Shown piece after piece: positions 19,209 through 29,871 of a stretch of 64,000 nucleotides of DNA (the first letter of the stretch is position 1; the number at the start of each line of letters is the position of its first letter). The notes under the pieces were generated by a model, which ran no database searches, was not told where the DNA came from, and saw only the letters and a program-made list of their open reading frames with translations. The DNA is from an uncultured bacterium (GTDB taxonomy: Bacteria > Babelota > Babeliae > Babelales > Vermiphilaceae). A program made the translations under genes and the position numbers. Location of the stretch: contig OY968764.1 in NCBI GenBank assembly GCA_963695335.1, positions 288,001 through 352,000 of the forward strand, read 5' to 3'.

Positions 19209-20894
19209 ATGAAAGCAACTTCTGAAGTTTCTACTTTAATTGAAAAAGTGCGTAATTCTTCCGTAAAATTTATTGTTGTCACTGGTGGCGTTTGTTCATC
19301 TATTGGTAAAGGCATTTTGATTGCATCTCTTGGTGTTATTTTAAAGGGGGCAGGGTATTCGGTCTCTATTGTAAAGTGGGATCCTTATTTGAATGTTGAT
19401 CCAGGCACTATGTCTCCACTTGTTCATGGTGAAGTTTTTGTGACAGCTGATGGTGCTGAAACCGATTTGGACCTTGGTCATTATGAGCGATTGGTGGGGC
19501 TTAACTTGGAAAGAGATTCTTCTGTTTCATCAGGTCAGATTTATAAAGAAGTGCTTGATGGAGAGCGAGAAGGAAAATTTTTAGGTAAATGTATACAGTT
19601 GGTTCCTCATGCTGTTGATGTTGCAAAAAAACGGCTTTTGGAATATGCACTGCGTCATGATGTTGATTTTGTTTTATTAGAAATAGGCGGCACGGTTGGA
19701 GATATAGAAGGGGAACTATTTTTAGAAGCTATCCGTCAACTTAAAATGGATTTGGGCTCGCAACATATGATGCATGCGCATTTGAGTTTGGTTCCTTTTT
19801 TAAACTGGGCGAATGAAGTTAAAACAAAACCAACGCAACATAGTGTTATGGAATTAAAGCGTGCAGGATTAGTGCCAGATTGTTTGTTTTTGCGTACAGA
19901 TAAAGCAATTGATCAGCAATCAATAGATAAACTTTCTGTTATGTGTGAAGTAAAAAAGGACTATATTTTTCAGGTATTAACATACGACCCGGTGTATAGA
20001 ATATTTCTTGAATTAGATAATCAGAATATTGGTGAAAGAATTCAAGATTTTTTTAAACTTTCACGCATACAAAAATCAGACATATCAGATTGGCAACAGT
20101 TTGTTAATCAAATTGGTGAAAGTAAAGAAAATATAACAATTGGACTTGTTTCAAAATACGTTGGCAGCAATGATCCTTATATTAGTGTGTTTGAAGCGAT
20201 TAAATCTGCAGCATATAATGCACATCGTCGTGTTACTATTGTGACTATTGAAGCAGAAAAACTCAGTCAGGATTGTAACGATCAAGAAAACAGCAAAGCA
20301 TGGCAAGATTTGAAAGCAGTTGATGGCATTGTGGTCCCAGGAGGATTTGATTCGCGAGGAGTTGAAGGTAAAATTTTAGCATGTACATGGGCTCGTGAAC
20401 ACAAGATACCTTATTTAGGATTGTGTCTTGGTATGCAGGTAATGATTATAGAAGCTGCCCGTTCATTGTTGCAGCTTTCTACAGCAAATAGTACAGAGTT
20501 TGATAAGCAGACAAAAGATCCAGTTATATGTTTAATGAGTGAGCAGAAAGATATTATCACCAAAGGGGCGAATATGCGTCTTGGCTCATATTTGTGTGCG
20601 CTTTCTGAAGGGACGCGTGCGCACAGAGCATACAAAATGGATATAGTTTCTGAAAGACATAGACATCGTTATGAGGTGAACAAAGAATATAAGCAACGGT
20701 TTGAGGATGCAGGAATTGTGTTTTCTGGAATAAATACAACTATGGATTTGGTTGAAATATCAGAAATCAAAGATCATCCGTTTATGGTTGGAGCACAATT
20801 TCATCCAGAATTTCAATCTTCACCAATTAAAGTACACCCTTTATTTAAGGACTTTATTGGTGCGGTAGTGGAGCGAGTGGCCGAAAAAGAGTAA
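19209..20894 (+). CDS. pyrG: CTP synthase
   Basis: TGGVCSSIGKG, DPYLNVDPGTMSP, GLCLGMQ, QFHPEF; AGGAG RBS before ATG 19209. Confidence 0.97.
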   Translation: MKATSEVSTLIEKVRNSSVKFIVVTGGVCSSIGKGILIASLGVILKGAGYSVSIVKWDPYLNVDPGTMSPLVHGEVFVTADGAETDLDLGHYERLVGLNLERDSSVSSGQIYKEVLDGEREGKFLGKCIQLVPHAVDVAKKRLLEYALRHDVDFVLLEIGGTVGDIEGELFLEAIRQLKMDLGSQHMMHAHLSLVPFLNWANEVKTKPTQHSVMELKRAGLVPDCLFLRTDKAIDQQSIDKLSVMCEVKKDYIFQVLTYDPVYRIFLELDNQNIGERIQDFFKLSRIQKSDISDWQQFVNQIGESKENITIGLVSKYVGSNDPYISVFEAIKSAAYNAHRRVTIVTIEAEKLSQDCNDQENSKAWQDLKAVDGIVVPGGFDSRGVEGKILACTWAREHKIPYLGLCLGMQVMIIEAARSLLQLSTANSTEFDKQTKDPVICLMSEQKDIITKGANMRLGSYLCALSEGTRAHRAYKMDIVSERHRHRYEVNKEYKQRFEDAGIVFSGINTTMDLVEISEIKDHPFMVGAQFHPEFQSSPIKVHPLFKDFIGAVVERVAEKE

Positions 20895-21227
20895 AATTAA
20901 AATGTGTTGCTTTTTGTTGTTTTTTAAATAAAACAACATTTATTTTTGAAAACCTCTTTAAAATGCGATGTTTTTTGTTGTTGCACAAATTTGATTTAAA
21001 AAAAAATTGTTTTTTATCAGATCATGTTCAGAATTAGTAGTGCTTTTAATTGTTTTGATTCCTTTTTTATTAGTGGTTAGTTGAAAAGGGATGTTTGAAA
21101 GCACTGTTTAGTGACGGGATAATGGATTATATTTTTGGATATATACTACAATTTCTTCTTAGCTCATTTTTTGGAAATATAATCTATTATCTCAGTTTCT
21201 AATAAAAACCAAAGATTTTTCTTTTGT

Positions 21228-21311
21228 GTTCGTTTCCTTCGACAAGCTCAGGACGAACGGATTAGAAAATTTTTATTTCCGTTCGTATTGAGCCTGTCGA
21301 AATATACGAAC
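21228..21311. repeat. Palindromic repeat family A, inverted dimer
   Basis: GTTCG..CCTTCGACAAGCTCAGGACGAACGG / CCGTTCGTATTGAGCCTGTCGAAATATACGAAC. Confidence 0.85.
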
Positions 21312-21312
21312 T

Positions 21313-22206
21313 TCATTCTTTTTCCTCAACATGCAGCAACTTCTTTGTTTTCTTATCTAGCAATCCCAACAAAACGTCCATATTCCTTCTATCATCAGAA
21401 AGATCTTCTTTTGGAGTTTCTAAAATTTTAGGAACATCAAACAATTTTGGATCATTGCATAAAAGTTCAAATGCTTTGAGTCCAATTTTTCCTTTTCCAA
21501 TATCAGCATGACGGTCAACAGAAGAACCAAGACCTTGTTTTGAATCATTCACGTGAATAGCTTTAAGCCTGTTAATACCAATGATTGTATCAAACTGTTG
21601 CCACATGTGATGATACGATTTTTCATCACTCAAATCATATCCTGCGGTAAATACGTGGCATGTATCCAAACATACACCAAGTCTATTTTTATGTTTTGAA
21701 TGTTTAATGATGTCGGCCAGTTGTTCAAAACTGTTTCCTATGTTTGTCCCTTGGCCGGCCATAGTTTCAAGTAAGATAGAGGTTTTTGGATGCGTATCAA
21801 ACAGATCATCTAAATTTTTACTGATACGTTTAAGGCATTCTTGCTCGTCAGAGTTAGAATGTGATCCGGGGTGCAGTACAAGGTAGGGAATACGAAGTTG
21901 TGCGCACCGGTCTATTTCTATCCCAAGTGCGTGAACTGACTTATGTTCAATCTCTTTGTTGGGTGATCCAATATTAATAAGATACGATGCATGCGCAATG
22001 ATGGATGTTATAGAAGAGTTTTTCCAAGCATCTTTGAACGCTGCTGCTTCTTTGTCTGAAATAGGCTTTGCATGCCATTGGCGGTTACTTTTGGTAAATA
22101 TTTGAATTGCAGTACAACCAATTGATTCTCCGCGTTCTATAGCATTAGCTGGTTCGCCTGATATAGACATGTGAGCGCCGTATAAAAATGAATGCTTTTT
22201 TTTCAT
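21313..22206 (-). CDS. nfo: Endonuclease IV
   Basis: GAHMS, HASYLIN, LLETMAGQG, CLDTCH, HVNDSK, DRHA. Confidence 0.95.
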   Translation of the reverse strand: MKKKHSFLYGAHMSISGEPANAIERGESIGCTAIQIFTKSNRQWHAKPISDKEAAAFKDAWKNSSITSIIAHASYLINIGSPNKEIEHKSVHALGIEIDRCAQLRIPYLVLHPGSHSNSDEQECLKRISKNLDDLFDTHPKTSILLETMAGQGTNIGNSFEQLADIIKHSKHKNRLGVCLDTCHVFTAGYDLSDEKSYHHMWQQFDTIIGINRLKAIHVNDSKQGLGSSVDRHADIGKGKIGLKAFELLCNDPKLFDVPKILETPKEDLSDDRRNMDVLLGLLDKKTKKLLHVEEKE

Positions 22207-22354
22207 AAAAATCCTTTTGTAGAAGGGTTAAAAGAGTTATTTGAGTTGACAAATTAGCCTAATCAAGTACTCTGATTTAAAGTAATCTATTCAGATAAAA
22301 TTTCGAATTTTTTACCATTCTATCATTTTTTATCATCCAGGAATAAAGGAAGAC

Positions 22355-24286
22355 ATGCGTATTAAGGGATATTTATTAGCATTTGCTGCATTGCAATGCT
22401 TTGCTACGGGCTTATTACAAGCCGATTTAAGGTCAACATCAGGCGATGTTGAATATATTTTTTCAGGGGTATTTAAGCCAGAAACTTTTTATGGTAGAAA
22501 TATCAATTGGCAGAATAATGATAATGAATTTGATCGATCTATTGTTTCTAAGCATACATTAGATCTTTCTGTGGATCTTTTGTATGGTGCGCAAACATAC
22601 GGGGAAAATATTGCAGAGTGTTTATTCCAAATGCGTAATAAGGGAATATGGGGAGCTCCTGAAAGTATAGCAAGTACAACGTTTGCCGATATTAAAATTC
22701 TTGATGCAATTCGAGGATCACATAATCATGGTTTTCCTCGACATGTTTTTTGGATTAGACAGTTGTGGTTACGTTTTAATATTGATAAAGTATTTGGTAT
22801 ACCTTTCAAAAATAAACATACGTTTACTGTTGGAGCATTTCCTTTCCAATTGGGCAGAGGTATTGCGCTTGGTGATTCATATGCATCAGCGCCTGAAGTA
22901 CTTGGTTTTTGGGCTGACAGCTTTGTTGATCAATATGCATTTGGTGCAAAATTTTCAGGAGAGATTTTTCCTAAGATTGTATCATATGATGTGTATGCTG
23001 CCATTTTACAAAATAGTAGTACAGGTCTTTCTGATACGGAAAAAGTTATCTATGCACAAGCAATTGATCGTACAGATAAAGAACTTAAACGTGGTTTTGG
23101 CCATGTCAATTATATCATAGCTGGGCGTTTTAATTGGAATGTGTTTGATAACGAATGGCTTGGAAGATTAGCTCTTGAACCTTATGGTATGTATAATAAT
23201 GATCCTGAACAAAAAATAGAATTCCCAGCAGATGCTTCAAGCAAACTTGGCACCGCAGGATTAGCGGGTGAGTTTTTTGGTAAACGTTTTGAATGTGGTT
23301 TTGATTATGCTGTTAACTTTGGTCAACAGCGTGTGCATGGTTGGGATCGTAATATTATTAAAGAAAACAATAATAAAGCGGTTGTCGTTTTAGTTAATGA
23401 TAAGGTGATTGCTACGTACACCAATTTGCAAGGTGAGGAAGTGACTGAACAAGCTCCTTTTGTTCCTAAAAGTAAAGCTCAGGAAGTTATTAACACAACT
23501 GATAGAGATGAACTGCAAAATGGGCAACAGATTGGAGAAGTTGATTCCTTGGGTTATTTAATGAATCAACCAGGAACTGAAATTATTCTGAAGAATAGCA
23601 AAGACCGTTTTGGTAATAAATATACTAATCTTTATAAAGGTTGGATGTTTGTAGCTGATGCTGGTTACTGGTTCCGTGACAAGAATTTATTCTGGTCAGT
23701 TGCTGGCGGTGTTGCTTCTGGTGATGATAATCCTAATTTTGAAACTAAAGATGGCAACTATAATGGATTCATTGGATTGCAACAAACGTATTCTGGTAAA
23801 CGTGTCAGAAGCGTGTACTTGCTTGGTGGAGCAGGAAAATTAAAACGACCGTTTTCAACTCCATCTCAAAATCAATTACAGGCACCAAATACAAAAGCTC
23901 AGAACATTTCTGGATTATCTAATTTGGTTTTCTGTGGAACAGCATTAAAATGGACTCCAAAATCATGGGCAAAGTTTTTTGAAGTCAATCCTAACGTGTA
24001 TGCTTACTGGCAAGAACATCAGATTGGTAATGCGCGTACGTTCCTTGGAACAGAAGCAAATATTTTCATTAATTATAGTTTGCTTAAAGATTTGAAAATT
24101 TTCTGGGTATCTTCTATGTTCTTCCCTGGATCACATTATGCAGATCGTAAAGATGCGACTGTTTTGACGCCTGAAGAAGCGGCATTTTATAATAGTTCTA
24201 ATCCGACAAGTATAAAAGATCGTATTCCTAATTTGGGCAATGATATTGGATATACATTTAACTTAGGTTTAATTTATACATTTTAA
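22355..24286 (+). CDS. Probable outer-membrane beta-barrel protein
   Basis: Signal peptide, alternating aromatic strands, C-terminal GLIYTF (BAM-type signal). Confidence 0.65.
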   Translation: MRIKGYLLAFAALQCFATGLLQADLRSTSGDVEYIFSGVFKPETFYGRNINWQNNDNEFDRSIVSKHTLDLSVDLLYGAQTYGENIAECLFQMRNKGIWGAPESIASTTFADIKILDAIRGSHNHGFPRHVFWIRQLWLRFNIDKVFGIPFKNKHTFTVGAFPFQLGRGIALGDSYASAPEVLGFWADSFVDQYAFGAKFSGEIFPKIVSYDVYAAILQNSSTGLSDTEKVIYAQAIDRTDKELKRGFGHVNYIIAGRFNWNVFDNEWLGRLALEPYGMYNNDPEQKIEFPADASSKLGTAGLAGEFFGKRFECGFDYAVNFGQQRVHGWDRNIIKENNNKAVVVLVNDKVIATYTNLQGEEVTEQAPFVPKSKAQEVINTTDRDELQNGQQIGEVDSLGYLMNQPGTEIILKNSKDRFGNKYTNLYKGWMFVADAGYWFRDKNLFWSVAGGVASGDDNPNFETKDGNYNGFIGLQQTYSGKRVRSVYLLGGAGKLKRPFSTPSQNQLQAPNTKAQNISGLSNLVFCGTALKWTPKSWAKFFEVNPNVYAYWQEHQIGNARTFLGTEANIFINYSLLKDLKIFWVSSMFFPGSHYADRKDATVLTPEEAAFYNSSNPTSIKDRIPNLGNDIGYTFNLGLIYTF

Positions 24287-24308
24287 ATAATTTGTTTTGA
24301 TGAAAAGT

Positions 24309-24346
24309 AAAAAGAGCACTTACAAAGTTGTAAGTGCTCTTTTTTT
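24309..24346 (+). terminator. Intrinsic terminator
   Basis: AAAAAGAGCACTTACAA-AG-TTGTAAGTGCTCTTTTTTT. Confidence 0.85.
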
Positions 24347-24399
24347 GTGTAATATTACCATGCTGAGAATACTTTCAAGCGTAAAAAATAGGAGAAAAA

Positions 24400-25011
24400 G
24401 TGAGTACAATTGCGAGTATTGTATTTTGTTTGTGCGCAGCTATTCCTGTAATGGGTATGGAAAAAGAGCTGCAACACATAAAAAAAGAGAAGAGGTCATT
24501 ACTTATAACCCCTGAAGAAAATAAAAAATTTGTTTCTTTTATGGAAGATCGTCTAGTTTTTTGTAGACAAGTTGTTTCTGTGAAGTATCTTCCCCAAGAT
24601 AACCCCATATATACTATTCAACAGATGTTATTTGTAGATTATTTAAAAGATTGTGACAATGATGTCTTACAGCTTATTAAATCTCAAGAATTAGAAGAGC
24701 GAATTAATCATTACAAAAAGAATGCTGATTCAAGCAGGGTAGTTAAGTTTTGTTTATGTCAAATTAAGAGTAAAGATGGCGACGTGAAGGAAGCGCGTAA
24801 TTGTGCGGCAAAAAATCGACAAATAATTGCCGAGATAGAGTTGTCTCATTTGCAACAAAAGTATTCGTATTGTTATATGGGTGATGATTCTATAACAGGA
24901 AAAATAAATTATATGAAGCGCAATGCAGAATACCCAACAGATGAAAAAGCGATAAAAGATTTTATAGCTTTATTGATTTATCAGGTTATATTTGCGTATC
25001 AAACGCATTAA
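24400..25011 (+). CDS. Exported hypothetical protein (paralog of 25024)
   Basis: GTG start after AGGAG; ...PVMG-ME; shares YPxDExAIKDFxAxLxYQxIFA. Confidence 0.75.
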   Translation: MSTIASIVFCLCAAIPVMGMEKELQHIKKEKRSLLITPEENKKFVSFMEDRLVFCRQVVSVKYLPQDNPIYTIQQMLFVDYLKDCDNDVLQLIKSQELEERINHYKKNADSSRVVKFCLCQIKSKDGDVKEARNCAAKNRQIIAEIELSHLQQKYSYCYMGDDSITGKINYMKRNAEYPTDEKAIKDFIALLIYQVIFAYQTH

Positions 25012-25023
25012 AAATAGAAAAGG

Positions 25024-25620
25024 ATGTTTCAGATGAATAGATTGATGATTACAGTTGTAAGTTTGCTGATTGCAGCTCCTGTCATGGCCATGGAATTGAA
25101 TAAGCAAAAAACAGCACTGAGCATATCAAAAAAAGAAAATAAATCATTTATTGATAGCATATCTAATACCATTCTAGCTATAGATACAAATAATAGAATT
25201 TCCTCGCAAAATTCTATTTTATGTATATTGAATAAAATAGCAAAAGATGTTGAATCATCGGATAATCATGTTTTAAGTATGATTAAGATTCAAAAATTAG
25301 AAGATCGCATTAATGGGTATAAAAATGATGATAATGCTGATCCAATATTGCAATTTATGTTGAATGAAATTCAAGATAAACCGAACAGCATTAAAGAAAA
25401 AAAAGCAAAAAGTTTTGTGATAACATATCGTATAACACGAGCATCATTAATATTAAAAAAATTGAGACCCCAATATTATCCTATATCTAGGTGGTCAAAC
25501 TTTGATGAAATGGTAGATTTTGTTTTGATGAATACTAAATATCCACTAGATGAAGAGGCAATAAAAGATTTTGTAGCTATGCTTCTTTATCAAATGATAT
25601 TTGCTCAGCAGATTGATTAA
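25024..25620 (+). CDS. Exported hypothetical protein (paralog of 24400)
   Basis: ...PVMA-ME; shared C-terminal motif. Confidence 0.75.
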   Translation: MFQMNRLMITVVSLLIAAPVMAMELNKQKTALSISKKENKSFIDSISNTILAIDTNNRISSQNSILCILNKIAKDVESSDNHVLSMIKIQKLEDRINGYKNDDNADPILQFMLNEIQDKPNSIKEKKAKSFVITYRITRASLILKKLRPQYYPISRWSNFDEMVDFVLMNTKYPLDEEAIKDFVAMLLYQMIFAQQID

Positions 25621-25640
25621 ATTTAACTATGAGACTTGTA

Positions 25641-25678
25641 GGGTAGCACCGCAATAAGCGCGTGTTACCCTTTTTTTT
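25641..25678 (+). terminator. Intrinsic terminator
   Basis: GGGTAGCAC...GTGTTACCC followed by T8. Confidence 0.7.
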
Positions 25679-25748
25679 GGTTATGATATACTAAAATTAT
25701 TACATCTTTTTTTGCTGAAGAGCAGTTTTTATTTTTTAAGGATTAGAT

Positions 25749-27533
25749 ATGCAAGTATATGAACGTACAACTGGATGTGGGTTGGTTAATGAACAGAATT
25801 TAAATCAACAAATATGTCTCTCTGGATGGGTGCATCGTCGACGTGATCATGGCGGGTTAATTTTTATTGATTTGCGAGATCGCAGTGGGTTGATGCAGCT
25901 TGTTTGTAATCCAGAATTTTCAAAAGAGGTTCATGAAATTGCCCAGAAGGTGCGTTCAGAATACGTTATAACAGTGTGCGGCAGAGTGGTAGAGCGTGCT
26001 CCAGAAACTGTTAATAAAGAGTTAGCAACAGGAAGATGGGAGTTGCACGTTGAAAGCATTGCCATTTTAAACAGTGCAAAAATGTTGCCATTTTCTATCG
26101 AAGATGCGGATGTGATTGATGAAGAGCTACGTTTACAATATAGATATTTAGATTTACGCCGTCCTGAGATGCAAAGAAATTTTGCGTTGCGTCATAAAGT
26201 GATCTATGCAATGCGCGAGTTTTTAAATAACCAAGCATTCTATGAAATTGAAACTCCTATTTTAACAAAAAATACGCCAGAGGGAGCGCGTGAATTTTTA
26301 GTTCCATGCCGCATTCACCCTGGCTCTTTTTATGCGCTGCCACAGTCGCCTCAGTTGTATAAACAGATTTTAATGTGTGGTGGCATGGAAAAATATTTCC
26401 AAGTTGCTCGCTGTTTTCGTGATGAAGATTTGCGTGCAGATCGTCAGCCAGAATTTACACAACTTGATATTGAGATGTCATTTATCTCTGAACATGATGT
26501 GCAGCATTTGATTGAACATTTATTAAAACATGTGTTTGACAAAGTTCTTGGTAAACATTTGCAAATTCCTTTCAAGCGTCTTACGTATGATGAAGCTTTT
26601 TCATCGTATGGATCGGATAAACCAGATTTACGTTATGATTTAAAAATTCATGATTTTAGTCCTGTGTTTACAGATACTGAACTTAAATTTTTACGCGATG
26701 TACTTGCGCGTGGTGAAAAAATTGGCGGCATTCATGTTTCTGGCCATTCATTTACGCATTCAGAACTTAATCGTTGGGTAGATAAAGCGCAGAAATTAGG
26801 AGCAAAAGGGTTGTTATGGATTGATCTTCAAAGCCCTGATAGTATCAGTTCTCCTGTTGCAAAATTTTTACCAACAGATTTTTTTGCACGTGCATTGCAA
26901 ACATGTGATGCAGTTATTAATGGTAGTGTTTTATTTATTGTAGCAGGTCAATACGAAGCTGCATGGGAAATATTAGGAAGATTACGCCAGGAACTTGCAA
27001 AAGAACTTAATGTTATTCCACAAGATGAGCTTAACTTTTCATGGGTAACTGATTTTCCTTTGCTTGAATATGATGAAAAAGATAAAAGTTGGCATGCAAA
27101 ACATCATCCGTTTACTTCACCTGCCAAAGGTTGGGAAAATCAAGAATTGGGTGATATAAAAGCACGTGCATATGATGTTGTTTTGAATGGTATTGAACTT
27201 GGTGGTGGATCAATCCGTATTCATGATAGAGCTGTTCAAGAAAAAGTATTTAAACTGCTTGGGTTAAGCAAAGAAGAAGTTGATTTAAAGTTTGGATTTT
27301 TACTTGAAGCACAAGAACTTGGTTTCCCTCCGCATGGTGGTATTGCACTTGGTCTTGACCGTTTTATTATGTTGTTAACTAATTCTATATCTATTCGTGA
27401 AGTTATTGCATTTCCTAAAACTGCGCGCGGATATGATCCTATGATGGAGTGTCCAACTCCAGTTGATAATAAACAACTGAAAGATTATGGGTTACAGTTG
27501 TCACCTGTAGTAGGGTCCGCTAAAAAAGAATAA
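25749..27533 (+). CDS. aspS: Aspartate-tRNA ligase
   Basis: RRRDHGGLIFIDLRD, CFRDEDLRADRQPEFTQLD, PPHGGIALGLDR. Confidence 0.97.
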   Translation: MQVYERTTGCGLVNEQNLNQQICLSGWVHRRRDHGGLIFIDLRDRSGLMQLVCNPEFSKEVHEIAQKVRSEYVITVCGRVVERAPETVNKELATGRWELHVESIAILNSAKMLPFSIEDADVIDEELRLQYRYLDLRRPEMQRNFALRHKVIYAMREFLNNQAFYEIETPILTKNTPEGAREFLVPCRIHPGSFYALPQSPQLYKQILMCGGMEKYFQVARCFRDEDLRADRQPEFTQLDIEMSFISEHDVQHLIEHLLKHVFDKVLGKHLQIPFKRLTYDEAFSSYGSDKPDLRYDLKIHDFSPVFTDTELKFLRDVLARGEKIGGIHVSGHSFTHSELNRWVDKAQKLGAKGLLWIDLQSPDSISSPVAKFLPTDFFARALQTCDAVINGSVLFIVAGQYEAAWEILGRLRQELAKELNVIPQDELNFSWVTDFPLLEYDEKDKSWHAKHHPFTSPAKGWENQELGDIKARAYDVVLNGIELGGGSIRIHDRAVQEKVFKLLGLSKEEVDLKFGFLLEAQELGFPPHGGIALGLDRFIMLLTNSISIREVIAFPKTARGYDPMMECPTPVDNKQLKDYGLQLSPVVGSAKKE

Positions 27534-27605
27534 AAGAGTAAAAAAGTAAAAAACCTGGTTTTTATGCCAGGTTTTTTGTTTTTTTATGAAGAGGAGGAAT
27601 TTGTA

Positions 27606-28844
27606 ATGAAAATTAATGCTATTCACGCGCGTGAAATTTTTGATTCTCGCGGTATTCCAACAATAGAATGTGGTATTGCGTTGAGTGATGGAGCTTTTAT
27701 CACAGCATCAGTGCCTGCAGGTATTTCCCGTGGTGCGCATGAAGCGGTTGAGTTGCGAGATGGCGGAGATCGTTTGATGGGCCTTGGTGTGCACAAGGCT
27801 ATAAAAATTATAGAAGAAATTATAGCACCAACATTGGTTTATAGACCACTTGATCTGATAGCATATGATATTGAACTGTTACATCTTGATGGAACTGATG
27901 ATAAGTCTCAGCTTGGTGCGAATTCTATGCTTGCAGTAAGTATGGCTGTATGTAAAGCCCAAGCATATGCTGAAGGGGCTGAGTTATATGAATTTATTGC
28001 CCATATTTCTCAATATTCTACCGTAGCATTGCCTTGTCCTATGTTTAACTTGTTAGGAGGAGGATTACATGCAAATAATAATTTTCCAATTCAAGAACTT
28101 CTTATTGTCCCCACACGCGAGTTTTCATTTAATGATGCAATGAATACCGGTGTTACCATTTATCATGCGTTAAAAGAGATTTTACGTGCAAAAGGGAAGA
28201 TGACTGCTGTTGGATATGAAGGTGAATTTGTTCCGAGTTTTACTAACCAATATGAACCATTTGATCTGGTAATGGAAGCAATTGAAAAATCTGGCAATGG
28301 AAGCAATGTTATGTTGGCAATAGATGTGGCAGCTTCCCATTTTTATAATAAAGTGACAGGGTTGTACGCATGGGATAGCAAAGAAGTGACTTCTCATGAC
28401 CTCATAGAATGGTATGAAGATCTTATATCTCGGTATCCAATATATTCTATTGAAGATGGTTTGGGTGAATCTGATTGGAATGGATGGCGCGACATGAAAA
28501 AAGAGTTAGGTTCACGCATTAAGATTGTTGGTGATGATATATTTACCACTGATCCACAACGCATTTGGTATGGTATAGAAAACCATTCTGCAACAAGTGC
28601 CATTATCAAACCTAATCAAATTGGTACGGTCACTGAAACGTTGCAAGCAGTTCAGTTGTGCAAGGATAATGAATGGGATGTGGTTGTTTCTCACCGTTCA
28701 GGGGAAACAAATGATACGTTTATTGCAGATCTTGCTGTTGGTGTGAGTGCTACACATATTAAAGCTGGTGGATGTTCACGTGGTGAACGGATGGCGAAAT
28801 ATAATCGTTTACTGCAGATAGAAGAAATATTATTGTCAGCGTAA
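27606..28844 (+). CDS. eno: Enolase (divergent)
   Basis: AREIFDSRG, EAVELRDG, VGDD, KPNQIG, SHRSGET, ERMAKYN; GAGGAGG RBS. Confidence 0.92.
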   Translation: MKINAIHAREIFDSRGIPTIECGIALSDGAFITASVPAGISRGAHEAVELRDGGDRLMGLGVHKAIKIIEEIIAPTLVYRPLDLIAYDIELLHLDGTDDKSQLGANSMLAVSMAVCKAQAYAEGAELYEFIAHISQYSTVALPCPMFNLLGGGLHANNNFPIQELLIVPTREFSFNDAMNTGVTIYHALKEILRAKGKMTAVGYEGEFVPSFTNQYEPFDLVMEAIEKSGNGSNVMLAIDVAASHFYNKVTGLYAWDSKEVTSHDLIEWYEDLISRYPIYSIEDGLGESDWNGWRDMKKELGSRIKIVGDDIFTTDPQRIWYGIENHSATSAIIKPNQIGTVTETLQAVQLCKDNEWDVVVSHRSGETNDTFIADLAVGVSATHIKAGGCSRGERMAKYNRLLQIEEILLSA

Positions 28845-28899
28845 AAAGTAAAAGAAGATACTTCGATTGAAGTACCTTCTTTTTTTTAAGTTGAGCGTG

Positions 28900-29349
28900 T
28901 TACTTAATTTGTCTGATTTGTCCTGCTGAAACGTTGTTTTTTAATGGTAAACCAGATTTTGTTTTACCCATGAGTCCTAATAATGGTCCTGTTTGTGGGT
29001 AAAGAGCTGGAGTTTTGTTAAGATCAATTGACATATATTTTGTTTTACCTGGAGCATCAACTTCAAAACGAGCGATAAGTTTGTTCTGTTTTAAAAGTTC
29101 AATTAAAAGTTTAGTAGTCATATTAATTACTCGAGAACCAGAATTCCATTGCTGATCTCCTGATACGTAAGCAGTTGTGATAGTTTTTTGTGAAGAACCA
29201 CTTATATCAATAATATTCACCTGGATACTGTCTTGATTTTTATTATAAAATTCAATGACAGGGGCGTGTAAAGTTACGGGTTCTGCCTGCATTAAGATAG
29301 TAACGAAGGCGATAGCAGCTGCTATTGATGGGAAAAATTGTCTTTTCAT
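28900..29349 (-). CDS. Small exported hypothetical protein
   Basis: AGGAG RBS, signal peptide. Confidence 0.65.
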   Translation of the reverse strand: MKRQFFPSIAAAIAFVTILMQAEPVTLHAPVIEFYNKNQDSIQVNIIDISGSSQKTITTAYVSGDQQWNSGSRVINMTTKLLIELLKQNKLIARFEVDAPGKTKYMSIDLNKTPALYPQTGPLLGLMGKTKSGLPLKNNVSAGQIRQIK

Positions 29350-29479
29350 GAGAACTCCTTATTTTTATAAACATTTGTACTATTATCATCCTTATATTAC
29401 AATAATAATTTTTCAAATTGCAATGATTTTGATTAAATAATAGTAAAGAACCGTTCTAGAGCTTATTTTAAAACGGTTC

Positions 29480-29557
29480 TTTTTGTGATTAAGTTTATGC
29501 TTTTAAAAACGGATTTGGAGCGTCTTGGATGATGAATTTAAGATCATTGAGCTGATT
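29480..29557 (-). repeat. Diverged duplicate of the 3' end of secretin gene 31659-34247
   Basis: Translates NQLNDLKFIIQDAPNPFLKA* versus NQPNDLKSIIRDAPNPFLKA* at 31644-31721. Confidence 0.9.
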
Positions 29558-29646
29558 GGTAAATTTGAATCTCTTGAGATCAAAATTCTTATTGTTTATT
29601 CTAAAACTTAAGAAACAATAAAAAATATTTAATATAAGGTTAATGT

Positions 29647-29871
29647 ATGAAAGCAATAGAATTTTTTACGACCGTTACAAATGGAAAGTCTATTGAAATT
29701 CCTAAAGAATATACAAAGCAAGTATCAGGAGAAATTCATGTTATCCTTCTTTTGAATAAAGAAGCTGTTCCAAAAACATTAAAAACCTCAAAAAAAAAAG
29801 CATTTAATGCTTTAAAATTAAAAACAAAAGGGTTTAAATTTAATAGAGAAGACATCTACAATGATGAATAA
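29647..29871 (+). CDS. Putative antitoxin
   Basis: 74 aa, ends FKFNREDIY, overlaps downstream PIN gene. Confidence 0.75.
   Translation: MKAIEFFTTVTNGKSIEIPKEYTKQVSGEIHVILLLNKEAVPKTLKTSKKKAFNALKLKTKGFKFNREDIYNDE

Noticed and set aside
27606..28844. Enolase as a dead pseudo-enzyme (PAGISRG, GYEGE, HIKAG deviations)
   Set aside because: Metal-binding and catalytic residues (Ser, His, both Glu, Asp/Glu/Asp, Lys, HRS) appear retained; divergent but probably active
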